NCBI GenBank assembly: GCA_900555375.1
Contig: USLC01000001.1
Location: forward strand, 1-30,828
Direction of reading: 5' to 3'
Length of the DNA: 30,828 bases
DNA from: an uncultured Eubacteriales bacterium
Lineage (GTDB): Bacteria; Bacillota; Clostridia; Monoglobales; Monoglobaceae
Under the pieces are notes generated by a model, which searched no databases, was not told where the DNA came from, and saw nothing but the letters and a program-made list of their open reading frames with translations. The position numbers and the translations under genes were made by a program. This document shows positions 9,893-19,090 of the stretch, piece by piece (positions within the stretch are counted from its first letter, which is position 1; every line of letters begins with the position of its first letter).

Positions 9893-10768
9893 TTATCTTC
9901 TCTTTTTTATCTCACTTACAAGTCTTACATAGCTGTCGTAACGGCTTTTTGAAATTTTACCGCTCTCGACCGCCGCCGCAACTCCGCAGCCCGGTTCGGC
10001 GATGTGATTGCAGTCTCCGAAGCGGCAATCGTATGCATACTTCTCAAACTCTCTGAAAAGCTCCGCGCAGTTTTCGGGCTGAAGCGCCGAAATATCAAGC
10101 GACCCGAAGCCGGGGGTATCGATTATATATCCGCCCCCGTCAAGCGGAACAAGCTCAGTATGTCTTGTGGTATGCTTACCTCTGTCAACACGGGTGCTTA
10201 CCTCTCCCGTTTCAAAATACTCGCCGCCTGTTACACAATTCAAAATACTTGACTTTCCCACTCCCGAATTTCCCGCAAACACGGTTACCTCACCGCAAAG
10301 CATCTCTTTTAAATCGTCAATATTTTTTCCGCTTGCCGCGCTCAGCGGAACAACGCTGTACCCCGCGCCGCGGTAGATATCGCAAAGCTCTGTGCCCGAA
10401 TCCAAATCGGTTTTGTTCACACAGATTATCGCTTCCACTCCCGAAATCTCAGCCGATGCAAGCATCTTGTCAAGCAGGTAAAGATTCGGCGCAGGATTAA
10501 CAGTCGAAACAACAATCGCCATCTGTGTAACATTTACCACGGGAGGGCGCAAAAGCTCATTTTTTCTCGGTAAGATTTCGTCTATTGCTCCTGTTTTTGT
10601 TGTGTTATTTATTAAAATCTTTACCTCATCACCCACCAAAGGCGTTATTTTTTTGCTTCTGAAGCTTCCGCGCGCCCTGCATTCAAAACACCCGTCGGCG
10701 GTATCTACATAGTAGAAACCGCCGACGCCTTTTATAATTCTTCCTCTGAATTCTCTGCTATCGTTCAT
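9893..10768 (-). CDS. rsgA: Ribosome small subunit-dependent GTPase A
   Basis: Circularly permuted GTPase motifs NKTD, GNSGVGKSS, GKHTTR, DTPG; Zn site CRFGDCNHIAEPGC. Confidence 0.97.
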   Translation of the reverse strand: MNDSREFRGRIIKGVGGFYYVDTADGCFECRARGSFRSKKITPLVGDEVKILINNTTKTGAIDEILPRKNELLRPPVVNVTQMAIVVSTVNPAPNLYLLDKMLASAEISGVEAIICVNKTDLDSGTELCDIYRGAGYSVVPLSAASGKNIDDLKEMLCGEVTVFAGNSGVGKSSILNCVTGGEYFETGEVSTRVDRGKHTTRHTELVPLDGGGYIIDTPGFGSLDISALQPENCAELFREFEKYAYDCRFGDCNHIAEPGCGVAAAVESGKISKSRYDSYVRLVSEIKKRR

Positions 10769-10777
10769 ATTTTCACC

Positions 10778-12670
10778 TTAGTTACTTATTCCGGGGGTTG
10801 ATTCGGAACCTCCCGATGAACTTCCCGATGAGCCGCTGCCCGAAGACGAACCGCCCGATGTGTGCCCTCCGGATGAAGAGCTGCCCGAGGATGAACCGCC
10901 CGACGTACCACCCGACGTTCCTCCCGACGAACCGCTGCCCGAGCTGCCCGAAGACGAGCCGCTGCCGGAATTACCTGAACTTGTACCGTTTCCCGTACTT
11001 CCGCTCTGGCTTCCGTTTGATTTGTTGCCATCGGTTGTGCTGTCATTCTTGTTTGAGTCATTTTTCTTGTCGTCAGTATTTGTATTGTTTGTGTCATCAC
11101 TCTTTTTGCCCGAGCTTACATACAGAGTTACGAGATATCCCTCAGAGACCTCCTGCCCTGCGCTCGGCTCTTGCCTGATAACAACGCCCGCCGCAACGGT
11201 TGCACTCTCTTCTTCTATCTCATTTACTTTAAGCTTGCTTTCGGCAATCTTTTTCCTTGCATCATCTATTTTAAGATTTGTGTAGTTCTCTACCTTTATA
11301 TTATTGACGCCCGAGCTTACAACGACCGTAATGACTATATCGTCTTTCTTTGTTACCTCGCTGCCTGCGGGGGGATTCTGTTCAAGAATCGTACCTGCCG
11401 CTTTATCGCTTGTCTTTTCGCTCTTTTTAACAATGCTGAAGCCGTCTTGTCTATACTGCTTCTGCGCGTCCGTTAACATCATATCCATAACGTTCGGAAT
11501 CTTTACCTTTTCTCCGCCCGTAAACACGCTGATGGGATTTCCGCCCGTCATCATAGAAAATACAACGCCAAGCCCCGCAAGGACAACAATCGCCGCAACC
11601 ACCGCCGCAATTGTAATTCTGCGCTCTTTCTTTTTCTGTTCTTTTACCGCTCTCATTCTATCAATGTTCCTTTGTCTGTTTTCTTTAACCTCTCTGTCGA
11701 CACGGTCGGCATACTTGCCGTACTCGGGGTTTTCCTGTCTTCTTTGTCTCTCATAATTGTCAATGTCTCTGTCATCTATTGCGCCGCGCTTAACCGTTCT
11801 GTCAAGGTCGTCAGCCGCCTGTTCCGTCTCTCCGAGAACAACCGCAGGATTTTTTATCACCTTTTTTAAGTCCGCAAGAAATTCATCCGCGGTGGCATAT
11901 CTTAAGTTCTGCTCTTTATTAAGCGCTTTCATAACGATATACTGCATAGACTCGGGTATGTCGCTGTTCAAAATTCTCGGCAATACGGGCTTTTCCTGAA
12001 TATGCTTTATCGCAATCGCAATCGCCGTATTATCGTCAAACGGAAGTCTGCCCGTCAGCATTTCGTAAAGAACAACGCCGAGTGAATATATATCCGTTCT
12101 CTCGTTCGTATATCCGCCCCTCGCCTGCTCGGGCGAGAGATAATGCACCGTCCCGATAGTTGAATTTGAGGTAGTTGTCGTTGCCTGTGATGTCGCACGC
12201 GCTATACCGAAGTCGGTAACCTTAAGCACCTCTCCTTGCGTCATAATAATATTCTGAGGTTTGATATCTCTGTGAATAACCGACTTTTTATGCGCCGCCG
12301 AAAGACCCTCGCAAATCTGTGCCGCAAACTCGGCGGCTTTCTTCCAGGGAAGCACACCCTTTTCAGCTATATATTCTTTAAGCGTAATGCCGTCAACATA
12401 CTCCATCACTATATAATAAAGTCCGTTTTCAAAGCCCACATCATAAATAGACACAACGTGCGGATTTGAAATTCTTGCCGCCGCCTGCGCCTCTGTGTTA
12501 AAACGGTGTACAAACTCTTTATCATCGCTAAGTTCTTCTTTAAGCACTTTTATTGCTACCAATCTGTTTAAAAAGTGACAGCGCGCTTTGTACACATATG
12601 CCATTCCGCCCTTGCCCACTTCTTCAAGAATTTCATAGCGGCCGGCAAGCATTGTTCCAATTAAATTCAT
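10778..12670 (-). CDS. pknB: PASTA-domain Ser/Thr protein kinase (PrkC/Stk1/PknB family) with Ser/Gly-rich C-terminal tail
   Basis: GKGGMAYVY, VAIKVL, HRDIKPQN, DFGIARA, GTVHYLSPEQ; one TM helix; two PASTA repeats; low-complexity tail. Confidence 0.96.
   Translation of the reverse strand: MNLIGTMLAGRYEILEEVGKGGMAYVYKARCHFLNRLVAIKVLKEELSDDKEFVHRFNTEAQAAARISNPHVVSIYDVGFENGLYYIVMEYVDGITLKEYIAEKGVLPWKKAAEFAAQICEGLSAAHKKSVIHRDIKPQNIIMTQGEVLKVTDFGIARATSQATTTTSNSTIGTVHYLSPEQARGGYTNERTDIYSLGVVLYEMLTGRLPFDDNTAIAIAIKHIQEKPVLPRILNSDIPESMQYIVMKALNKEQNLRYATADEFLADLKKVIKNPAVVLGETEQAADDLDRTVKRGAIDDRDIDNYERQRRQENPEYGKYADRVDREVKENRQRNIDRMRAVKEQKKKERRITIAAVVAAIVVLAGLGVVFSMMTGGNPISVFTGGEKVKIPNVMDMMLTDAQKQYRQDGFSIVKKSEKTSDKAAGTILEQNPPAGSEVTKKDDIVITVVVSSGVNNIKVENYTNLKIDDARKKIAESKLKVNEIEEESATVAAGVVIRQEPSAGQEVSEGYLVTLYVSSGKKSDDTNNTNTDDKKNDSNKNDSTTDGNKSNGSQSGSTGNGTSSGNSGSGSSSGSSGSGSSGGTSGGTSGGSSSGSSSSGGHTSGGSSSGSGSSGSSSGGSESTPGISN
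10795..11015 (-). repeat. Low-complexity Ser/Gly repeat in the pknB 3' end
   Basis: Encodes GSQSGSTGNGTSSGNSGSGSSSGSSGSGSSGGTSGGTSGGSSSGSSSSGG...; imperfect CCCGA(C/T)GA repeats on + strand. Confidence 0.85.
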
Positions 12671-12682
12671 TATCTTTTCCTC

Positions 12683-13423
12683 CTATATGAATCTGATACA
12701 AATAACAGTTATGTTATCAAGACCGCCGTTTTCCTTTGCGGAATCCACAAGTCTGCAAACCGTTTCTTCGGAATTTCTTCCTGCTTTTACAATTTCGCAA
12801 ATCTCATTGTCGTCAAGCATCCCCGAAAGCCCGTCGCTGCACATAAGCAAAACATCCCCTCGGGAATAGTCATATTCGAATATATCTACCTTTACTTTGC
12901 TGTCGGTTCCTATCGCTCTTGTAATTATATTCTTCTGCGGATGCACTCTCGCCTCTTCGCGGGTGATTGTGCCGCTCATAACAAGCTCTGACACAACAGA
13001 ATGATCGGTGGTAATCTGTGCTATCTCATCGGAACGTATTGCGTACGCTCTGCTGTCGCCCACATTTGCAACATAGGCAACCCCCTCGCAGATAAACGCA
13101 GCAACCACGGTTGTTCCCATTCCGCTATGAATTTTATTTTCGGTTGACATTCTGTAAACCTTTTCGTTTGCACCCTCAACCGCTCTGCAAAGCCGACCCG
13201 GAATCTCTGTTTCATCCTTGTCATTAAGCAGCTTTTGCATCTCTTCCGCGATAAACTTTACCGCGTTCTGGCTGGCAACCTCTCCGGCATTATGCCCTCC
13301 CATTCCGTCGGCAAGTATACAAAATCCTTTGCTTGTCCCTTCGTCAAAGCCGTGTATGCAAAAACAGTCCTCATTAAGCTCTCTGATGCATCCGACATCG
13401 CTCAATCCAAATGTTTCTATCAT
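12683..13423 (-). CDS. stp: PP2C-family Ser/Thr phosphatase (Stp1/PrpC)
   Basis: SDVGCIRELNED, ADGMGGHNAGEVAS, GMGTT, NVGDSRAY, CSDGL, GGLDNIT; AGGAGG RBS. Confidence 0.96.
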   Translation of the reverse strand: MIETFGLSDVGCIRELNEDCFCIHGFDEGTSKGFCILADGMGGHNAGEVASQNAVKFIAEEMQKLLNDKDETEIPGRLCRAVEGANEKVYRMSTENKIHSGMGTTVVAAFICEGVAYVANVGDSRAYAIRSDEIAQITTDHSVVSELVMSGTITREEARVHPQKNIITRAIGTDSKVKVDIFEYDYSRGDVLLMCSDGLSGMLDDNEICEIVKAGRNSEETVCRLVDSAKENGGLDNITVICIRFI

Positions 13424-13465
13424 TGTGCAACACCTCCTAATGCTGTCCTGTACGCCGAACAGCGT

Positions 13466-14494
13466 CTACGCACGGCGCGTTGCGGAAGCCCTCAGCTGTC
13501 CGCAGGCAGCGCTTATGTCCGCTCCCATTTCACGTCTGACCGTTGCGGACATTCCGCCGTTTTCAAGAACCTCTCTGAACCTTTCGACCGCCGTGTGTCC
13601 GCTTGCCGAAAAGCCGGTCTCTTTAACTTCGTTAACGGGAATAAGGTTGACGTGACACAACATTCCCGAAATCAGCTTTAAAAGCTCTTTTGCCTCTTCT
13701 TCCGTATCATTAACTCCGTTTATCAATGTATATTCAAAAGAAATTCTTCTGTTTGTTTTAGCAATATAATATCTGCAGGCATCAATCAGCGTTTCTATCG
13801 GATAACGCCTGTTTACAGGCATAATTTTTGACCTTTTCTCGTCATTCGGCGCGTGAAGCGAAACCGAAAGCGTAAGCTGAAGCTGCCTGTCTGCAAGTTC
13901 GCGGATACGTTCCGCCAGACCGCAGGTAGACAGCGATATATGCCTCATACCTATATTCAGTCCGTTCGGATTATTTACAATTTCAAGAAATCTCATCACA
14001 TTGTCAAAATTGTCGAGAGGCTCTCCCATTCCCATAAGCACAATGTTGGATATCCTCTCTCCAAGGTCGTTCCCGACAGTCATAACCTGTCCGACAATCT
14101 CACCCGGCGTCAGATTTCTGACCTTTCCGCCGCGGGTCGATGCGCAAAAGGCGCAGCCCATAGCGCAGCCAACCTGAGATGACACACAGATTGTATATCC
14201 GTGATGATATTTCATTAAAACCGACTCTATAAAATTGCCGTCATCTAATTGTAACAGATAACGCCTTGTTTCGTCAAGAGCCGAAACAAATTTTTGTTCA
14301 ATTTTTAAGTTATTTATTGAATATTCCGCCTTAAGCTTTTCGCGCAGACCCTTGGGCAGATTTGTCATATCATCTATGCTTTCCGCTCCGCTGTACAGCC
14401 ACTTAAAGACCTGCCCCGCGCGAAACCTCGGTTCACCCTTTTCACAGAGGATTTTCTCAAGCTCTTTTTGCGTATAATCTCTGAGATTTTTCAT
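13466..14494 (-). CDS. rlmN: 23S rRNA m2A2503 / tRNA methyltransferase RlmN (radical SAM)
   Basis: CVSSQVGCAMGCAFC, MGMGEP, SLHAP, AACGQL; ATG 14494 preferred over the upstream in-frame start. Confidence 0.96.
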   Translation of the reverse strand: MKNLRDYTQKELEKILCEKGEPRFRAGQVFKWLYSGAESIDDMTNLPKGLREKLKAEYSINNLKIEQKFVSALDETRRYLLQLDDGNFIESVLMKYHHGYTICVSSQVGCAMGCAFCASTRGGKVRNLTPGEIVGQVMTVGNDLGERISNIVLMGMGEPLDNFDNVMRFLEIVNNPNGLNIGMRHISLSTCGLAERIRELADRQLQLTLSVSLHAPNDEKRSKIMPVNRRYPIETLIDACRYYIAKTNRRISFEYTLINGVNDTEEEAKELLKLISGMLCHVNLIPVNEVKETGFSASGHTAVERFREVLENGGMSATVRREMGADISAACGQLRASATRRA

Positions 14495-14508
14495 ATTTTT
14501 TGCCAACC

Positions 14509-15795
14509 TTATTTGAATTTTATCATTCTGCAAATATAAAATCCGCTGCCTCCGCCTTCATATGCAAGATACAGCTTTTCAAATTCGCACTTAAAATCGG
14601 TATGCTCTGCAAGAAACCTTTCAATCTGCCTTTCGTTCTCTTCTTCAAGTATTGTACAGGTGGAGTATACAAGCACTCCGCCCGTCTTTACATATCCCGC
14701 GGCGAAATTTAAAATATTTCTCTGGATTTTGCAAAGCGCCTCTGTATCCCCCGCACTTCTGTTATATTTTATATCGGGTTTTTTATGAATCACGCCTATG
14801 CCCGAGCAAGGGACGTCTGCAAGAACTCTGTCTGCCGCACCTTTTAATTCGTCAATCGGCTCTTCCGAATTATGCTCTTTAACCTCGATACAATCTATTC
14901 CCAAACGTTCAGCCGACCTTTGTATCAGCTCAAGCTTATGCTTATGTATATCAAATGCAATAATTCTGCCCTCATTTTTCATAAGCTCTGCAATATGCGT
15001 TGTCTTTCCTCCCGGTGCGGCACATAAATCCAGCACTGTTTCTCCGCTTTTCGGCTCTAAAGCCAACGCCGCACGCATCGAGTTTATGTTTTGCAGGGTA
15101 TAATATCCGTCCCCGTAAAGCCGCGAGGCTTTAATATCTATCGCTCCGCTGATTCTCAGGCATTGCTTAACCTCTGCGTCGGGTTTTGCGCAAATTCCCT
15201 CGCCGCGAAGCATTTCGGTCAGCTCATCCGCGTTGGTTTTTAAGATATTTGCCCTTATCATAGCAGGGTGGGGCAAAAGGCTGTCTTTAAGTATCTTCTC
15301 ACACGTCCCGCGACCGAACTGCTTTATAAGCTTTTCGGTCAGCCATAGGGGGCACGAATACTTAACCGATGTTCTTTCGGCAAAGCTGCCCTGCGGCTCA
15401 GGCAGCGAATCAAGGCTTCGCGATACCGTGCGCAAAACTCCGTTCACGTAACCTCTTGCCGCCTTATGGGCATATTTTGACGCAAGCTTTACCGCCTCAT
15501 TGCACGCGGCGGACGGCGGAATTTTATTCATATCGGTCATCTGATACACACCGCAGCGCAGTATCTGCAAAACCCACGGACTCAGCTTTTTAAGCTTAAT
15601 TTTGGAATAGCTTTGTATCACAAAATCAATATAAATTCTGTTACGCATAACACCCATAATCAGCTCGTTCGCAAGCGCTCTGTCGCGCGGCTCCATACCG
15701 CTCAGCTCTTCAAGCACCGCTTTGTTTGAGTATTCTCCGCCCTTATCAATCTTGCAGAGAGCGCAAATCGCCGCCTCTCTCGGATTCTTCGCCAA
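14509..15795 (-). CDS. rsmB: 16S rRNA m5C967 methyltransferase RsmB/Sun
   Basis: NusB-like N-terminal domain; DLCAAPGGKT, DVPCSG, YSTCT. Confidence 0.96.
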   Translation of the reverse strand: MAKNPREAAICALCKIDKGGEYSNKAVLEELSGMEPRDRALANELIMGVMRNRIYIDFVIQSYSKIKLKKLSPWVLQILRCGVYQMTDMNKIPPSAACNEAVKLASKYAHKAARGYVNGVLRTVSRSLDSLPEPQGSFAERTSVKYSCPLWLTEKLIKQFGRGTCEKILKDSLLPHPAMIRANILKTNADELTEMLRGEGICAKPDAEVKQCLRISGAIDIKASRLYGDGYYTLQNINSMRAALALEPKSGETVLDLCAAPGGKTTHIAELMKNEGRIIAFDIHKHKLELIQRSAERLGIDCIEVKEHNSEEPIDELKGAADRVLADVPCSGIGVIHKKPDIKYNRSAGDTEALCKIQRNILNFAAGYVKTGGVLVYSTCTILEEENERQIERFLAEHTDFKCEFEKLYLAYEGGGSGFYICRMIKFK

Positions 15796-15796
15796 A

Positions 15797-16501
15797 TTAA
15801 TCTCTCCTTCTGCCGCCGAATAACACGATAAGTCTTAAAAGGCTCATAATAGCGCTTACAGCCGCCGCAACATATGTCAATGCCGCCGCCTTTAATACCT
15901 TTTTTGCGCCAACCAATTCATCGGGCGCAAGCATATTCTGTTCTTCAAGCGTGCGAATCGCACGTCCGCTTGCGTTAAACTCAACCGGAAGCGTCACAAG
16001 CTGAAACAGAACCGTAGCCGAAAACAGAATGATTCCCAAATCGACCAATGTCTGATTATACGATAAAATCACACCCAATAAAATTATCGGCATAGACAGC
16101 ATATTGCAGATATTTACCGCAGGAACTATTGCGTTTCTTACTCTTATCGGCGTATACGCGGTCGCGTGCTGAATCGCGTGTCCTACCTCGTGCGCGGCAA
16201 CGCCTATCGAACCGACCGAACGGCTGTTGTATGTTGCGTCCGACAGTCTGACCACGTTTGTTTTGGGGTCAAAATGGTCTGTGAGATTGCCCGAGATATG
16301 CTCAACTTTAACCGAGTAAAGTCCGTTCATATCAAGAATTTTTCTCGCCGCATCTGCTCCGGTCATTCCGAAGCGGTTATAAACCTGTGAATATTTTTTA
16401 AATGTGGAATTTACATTTGCCTGTGCCCACATAGCAAGCAGCAGCGCGGGCAAAAGCATTATCCACGTCGGGTCAAAAAAGTAAGGGTACATCATATACA
16501 T
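15797..16501 (-). CDS. Membrane zinc metallopeptidase (YugP-like, Zn_peptidase_2)
   Basis: LTDHFDP, AAHEVGHAIQH (HExxH), TLPVEFNAS, AAALTYVA; usual position between fmt and rsmB. Confidence 0.92.
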   Translation of the reverse strand: MYMMYPYFFDPTWIMLLPALLLAMWAQANVNSTFKKYSQVYNRFGMTGADAARKILDMNGLYSVKVEHISGNLTDHFDPKTNVVRLSDATYNSRSVGSIGVAAHEVGHAIQHATAYTPIRVRNAIVPAVNICNMLSMPIILLGVILSYNQTLVDLGIILFSATVLFQLVTLPVEFNASGRAIRTLEEQNMLAPDELVGAKKVLKAAALTYVAAAVSAIMSLLRLIVLFGGRRRD

Positions 16502-16512
16502 TCCTCCTTGAT

Positions 16513-17439
16513 TTACTTTAATACAATACTTTCATCTATAGTATGTCCGTTAAGATAGTCGGCAAACCTCATTCGCTTGCCGCCTTTAAACTGAATTTCG
16601 TCAACCACTATGCTTGTCCCGCCGCCGCAGGCAACAATAAGTTTTTTGCCCGAAACGGTTATGCTTCCGCATTTTTCTTCGATATCTTCGCCTCTTTCCG
16701 CGCGGATTATCTTCATTACCTCATCGCCGTACATAGTATAACTCATCGGCCACGGGTTTGTTCCTCTTATCAGATTTAAAATTTCCGAGGCAGAACGGCT
16801 CCAGTCTATATGTCCCGTATCTTTGGAAATCATCGGCGCATAGCAAGACTCTTCATCATTCTGCTTTTCTCTCGGCGCGCTTCCGCCGGCTATCGCGTCA
16901 AGCGTTTTTATCAGCAAGTCGGCACCCGTAAGCGAAAGTCTGTCGTGAAGCTCTCCGTAGGTTTCGTCCTCTCCTATTTTAACGGACGATTTAAATATCA
17001 TATCGCCCGTATCCAAGCCCTTTTCCATATACATCGTCGTAACACCTGTGATTTCATCGCCGTTTATCACGCTCCGCTGAATCGGTGCCGCGCCGCGGTA
17101 CCTTGGCAAAAGCGAGGCGTGAACATTTATACATCCGTACATCGGAAAATTTAAAATATACTCGGGCAAAATCTTGCCATATGCCACAACAACCGCAATA
17201 TCGGGCTTATATTCCGAAAGAATCGGCAAAAGCTCTTGATTTTTTAGACTCTGCGGCTGAAACACGGGTATTCCGTGCTTCTCTGCGTATACTTTAACCG
17301 GCGGAGACACAAGCTTATGCCCTCTGCCCTTCGGCTTATCCGGCTGTGTTACCGCGCCGCACACTTCATATCCGTTTTTTATTAATATTTCAAGACAGGG
17401 AACAGCAAAATCGGGTGTTCCCATAAATAATACTCTCAT
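16513..17439 (-). CDS. fmt: Methionyl-tRNA formyltransferase
   Basis: FMGTPDFA, VTQPDKPKGRG, INVHASLLPRYRGAAPIQ, LDTGD. Confidence 0.98.
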   Translation of the reverse strand: MRVLFMGTPDFAVPCLEILIKNGYEVCGAVTQPDKPKGRGHKLVSPPVKVYAEKHGIPVFQPQSLKNQELLPILSEYKPDIAVVVAYGKILPEYILNFPMYGCINVHASLLPRYRGAAPIQRSVINGDEITGVTTMYMEKGLDTGDMIFKSSVKIGEDETYGELHDRLSLTGADLLIKTLDAIAGGSAPREKQNDEESCYAPMISKDTGHIDWSRSASEILNLIRGTNPWPMSYTMYGDEVMKIIRAERGEDIEEKCGSITVSGKKLIVACGGGTSIVVDEIQFKGGKRMRFADYLNGHTIDESIVLK

Positions 17440-17476
17440 TGTGTCAAACCTCTTTATATACTCTTTCTCAATTTAT

Positions 17477-17505
17477 ATTGTACCTCATATTTATATATTA
17501 ATCAA
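17477..17505 (-). promoter_or_regulatory. Sigma-A promoter for the fmt operon
   Basis: Minus strand TTGATT, 17 nt, TACAAT. Confidence 0.65.
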
Positions 17506-17622
17506 GTACAATTTATTAATAATTTTTAAATTAAGCCTCTCTTTTGCTGCAATACATATTAAAATCGGGTTCGTGTAACTAATATCGGGTTAATCATTTA
17601 AAATCTTTGTTTATAATTATTA

Positions 17623-17651
17623 TTGCCCTATTTTTAAATTTATGATAATAT
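17623..17651 (+). promoter_or_regulatory. Possible sigma-A promoter for hisH-hisF
   Basis: TTGCCC, 17 nt, TG-a-TAATAT (extended -10-like); the region is AT-rich, so the match is uncertain. Confidence 0.4.
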
Positions 17652-17682
17652 AAAATCAGTAAAGCAACGAGGTGATTTTAAA

Positions 17683-18300
17683 ATGCTTGCCATTATAAAT
17701 TACGGCGCAGGCAATCTGCGCTCTGTTCAAAAAGCGTGCGAATATGTCGGCGAAAAGGCGGTTATTACCGATAACCGCGAAGAAATATTAAATGCCGACA
17801 GAGTTATTCTGCCCGGAGTCGGCTCATTCGGCAGCTGTATCGAATCTATCCGCAAGGCAAATCTTTTCGATTGCATCAGACAGGTCACGGAAAGCGGAAC
17901 ACCCTTTCTGGGAATATGTCTCGGGCTTCAGCTTTTGTTTGAAGCAAGCGACGAGTCTCCCGATGCCAAGGGGCTTGGCATATTAAAGGGCAGATGTGTT
18001 AAGATACCCCAATCGGACGGCGTGAAGATTCCGCATATAGGCTGGAACTCGATAACCTTTCCCAACCCCTCTCCGTTATTTACCGGCATAGAAGACGGCT
18101 CTTTTGTATACTTTGTTCATTCTTATTATATGCAGCCGAATGACAAGTCTGTAATAACCGCCGTCTGCGACTATTCGGCAAGCCTTCCGGTTGCGCTGAG
18201 CCGCGGAAACATTCACGCAACGCAATTTCACCCAGAGAAAAGCGGCGATGTGGGTCTTAAAATACTTAAAAACTTTATAGACTTAAGGAGGGAGAGCTGA
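17683..18300 (+). CDS. hisH: Imidazole glycerol phosphate synthase, glutaminase subunit
   Basis: [42 protein letters not shown]. Confidence 0.97.
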   Translation: MLAIINYGAGNLRSVQKACEYVGEKAVITDNREEILNADRVILPGVGSFGSCIESIRKANLFDCIRQVTESGTPFLGICLGLQLLFEASDESPDAKGLGILKGRCVKIPQSDGVKIPHIGWNSITFPNPSPLFTGIEDGSFVYFVHSYYMQPNDKSVITAVCDYSASLPVALSRGNIHATQFHPEKSGDVGLKILKNFIDLRRES

Positions 18301-19061
18301 TGTTTGCAAAAAGAATAATTCCCTGCCTCGACGTAAACCGCGGCAGAGTTGTAAAGGGCGTAAACTTTGTTAATCTTATAGATGCCGGCGACCCGGTTGA
18401 AATAGCAAAGATATATAACGATGCCGGGGCGGACGAGCTTGTGTTTCTGGACATAACAGCAACCCACGAAGGGCGCGGAACCGTTATTGATATGGTTCGC
18501 CGCGTTGCGGAAACGGTGTTTATTCCCTTTACCGTGGGCGGAGGAATCAGCATGGTTGACGACTTCCGCGCACTTTTGTCAGAGGGCGCGGACAAAATAT
18601 CGGTTAATTCCTCCGCTATACGCAATCCGCGCCTTATCTGCGATGCCGCGGATAAGTTCGGAAGCCAATGCGTTGTTGTGGCGATAGACGCAAAACGCCG
18701 AAACGACGGAAGCGGCTGGAATGTCTATATTAACGGCGGCAGAATAGACACGGGTCTTGACGCAGTAACCTGGGCAAGTATAGCCTGCCGCCTTGGCGCG
18801 GGCGAAATTCTTCTTACCTCAATGGACTGTGACGGAACAAAAGCGGGCTATGACACGGCTCTTACAAAAGCCGTGTCAGAAGCGGTATCGATTCCCGTTA
18901 TCGCCTCCGGCGGGGCAGGAACGCCCGAGCATTTTAAAGAGGCGCTGACCGACGGAAAAGCAGATGCCGCACTTGCCGCATCACTCTTCCACTTCCGCGA
19001 AATTGAAATTCGTGATTTAAAAAAATATCTCACCGAAAACGGAGTCTCGGTGAGATTATAA
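18300..19061 (+). CDS. hisF: Imidazole glycerol phosphate synthase, cyclase subunit
   Basis: [55 protein letters not shown] overlap with hisH. Confidence 0.98.
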   Translation: MFAKRIIPCLDVNRGRVVKGVNFVNLIDAGDPVEIAKIYNDAGADELVFLDITATHEGRGTVIDMVRRVAETVFIPFTVGGGISMVDDFRALLSEGADKISVNSSAIRNPRLICDAADKFGSQCVVVAIDAKRRNDGSGWNVYINGGRIDTGLDAVTWASIACRLGAGEILLTSMDCDGTKAGYDTALTKAVSEAVSIPVIASGGAGTPEHFKEALTDGKADAALAASLFHFREIEIRDLKKYLTENGVSVRL

Positions 19062-19090
19062 AAAATGCGGCAAAAATGCCGCATTTTTTA
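19059..19090. terminator. Bidirectional terminator
   Basis: TAAAAAATGCGGCA-aaaa-TGCCGCATTTTTTA between convergent stops. Confidence 0.92.

Noticed and set aside
10786..11285. Pro/Glu/Asp-rich and Arg-rich ORFs over the pknB tail
   Set aside because: Alternative-frame and antisense readings of the Ser/Gly low-complexity repeat.
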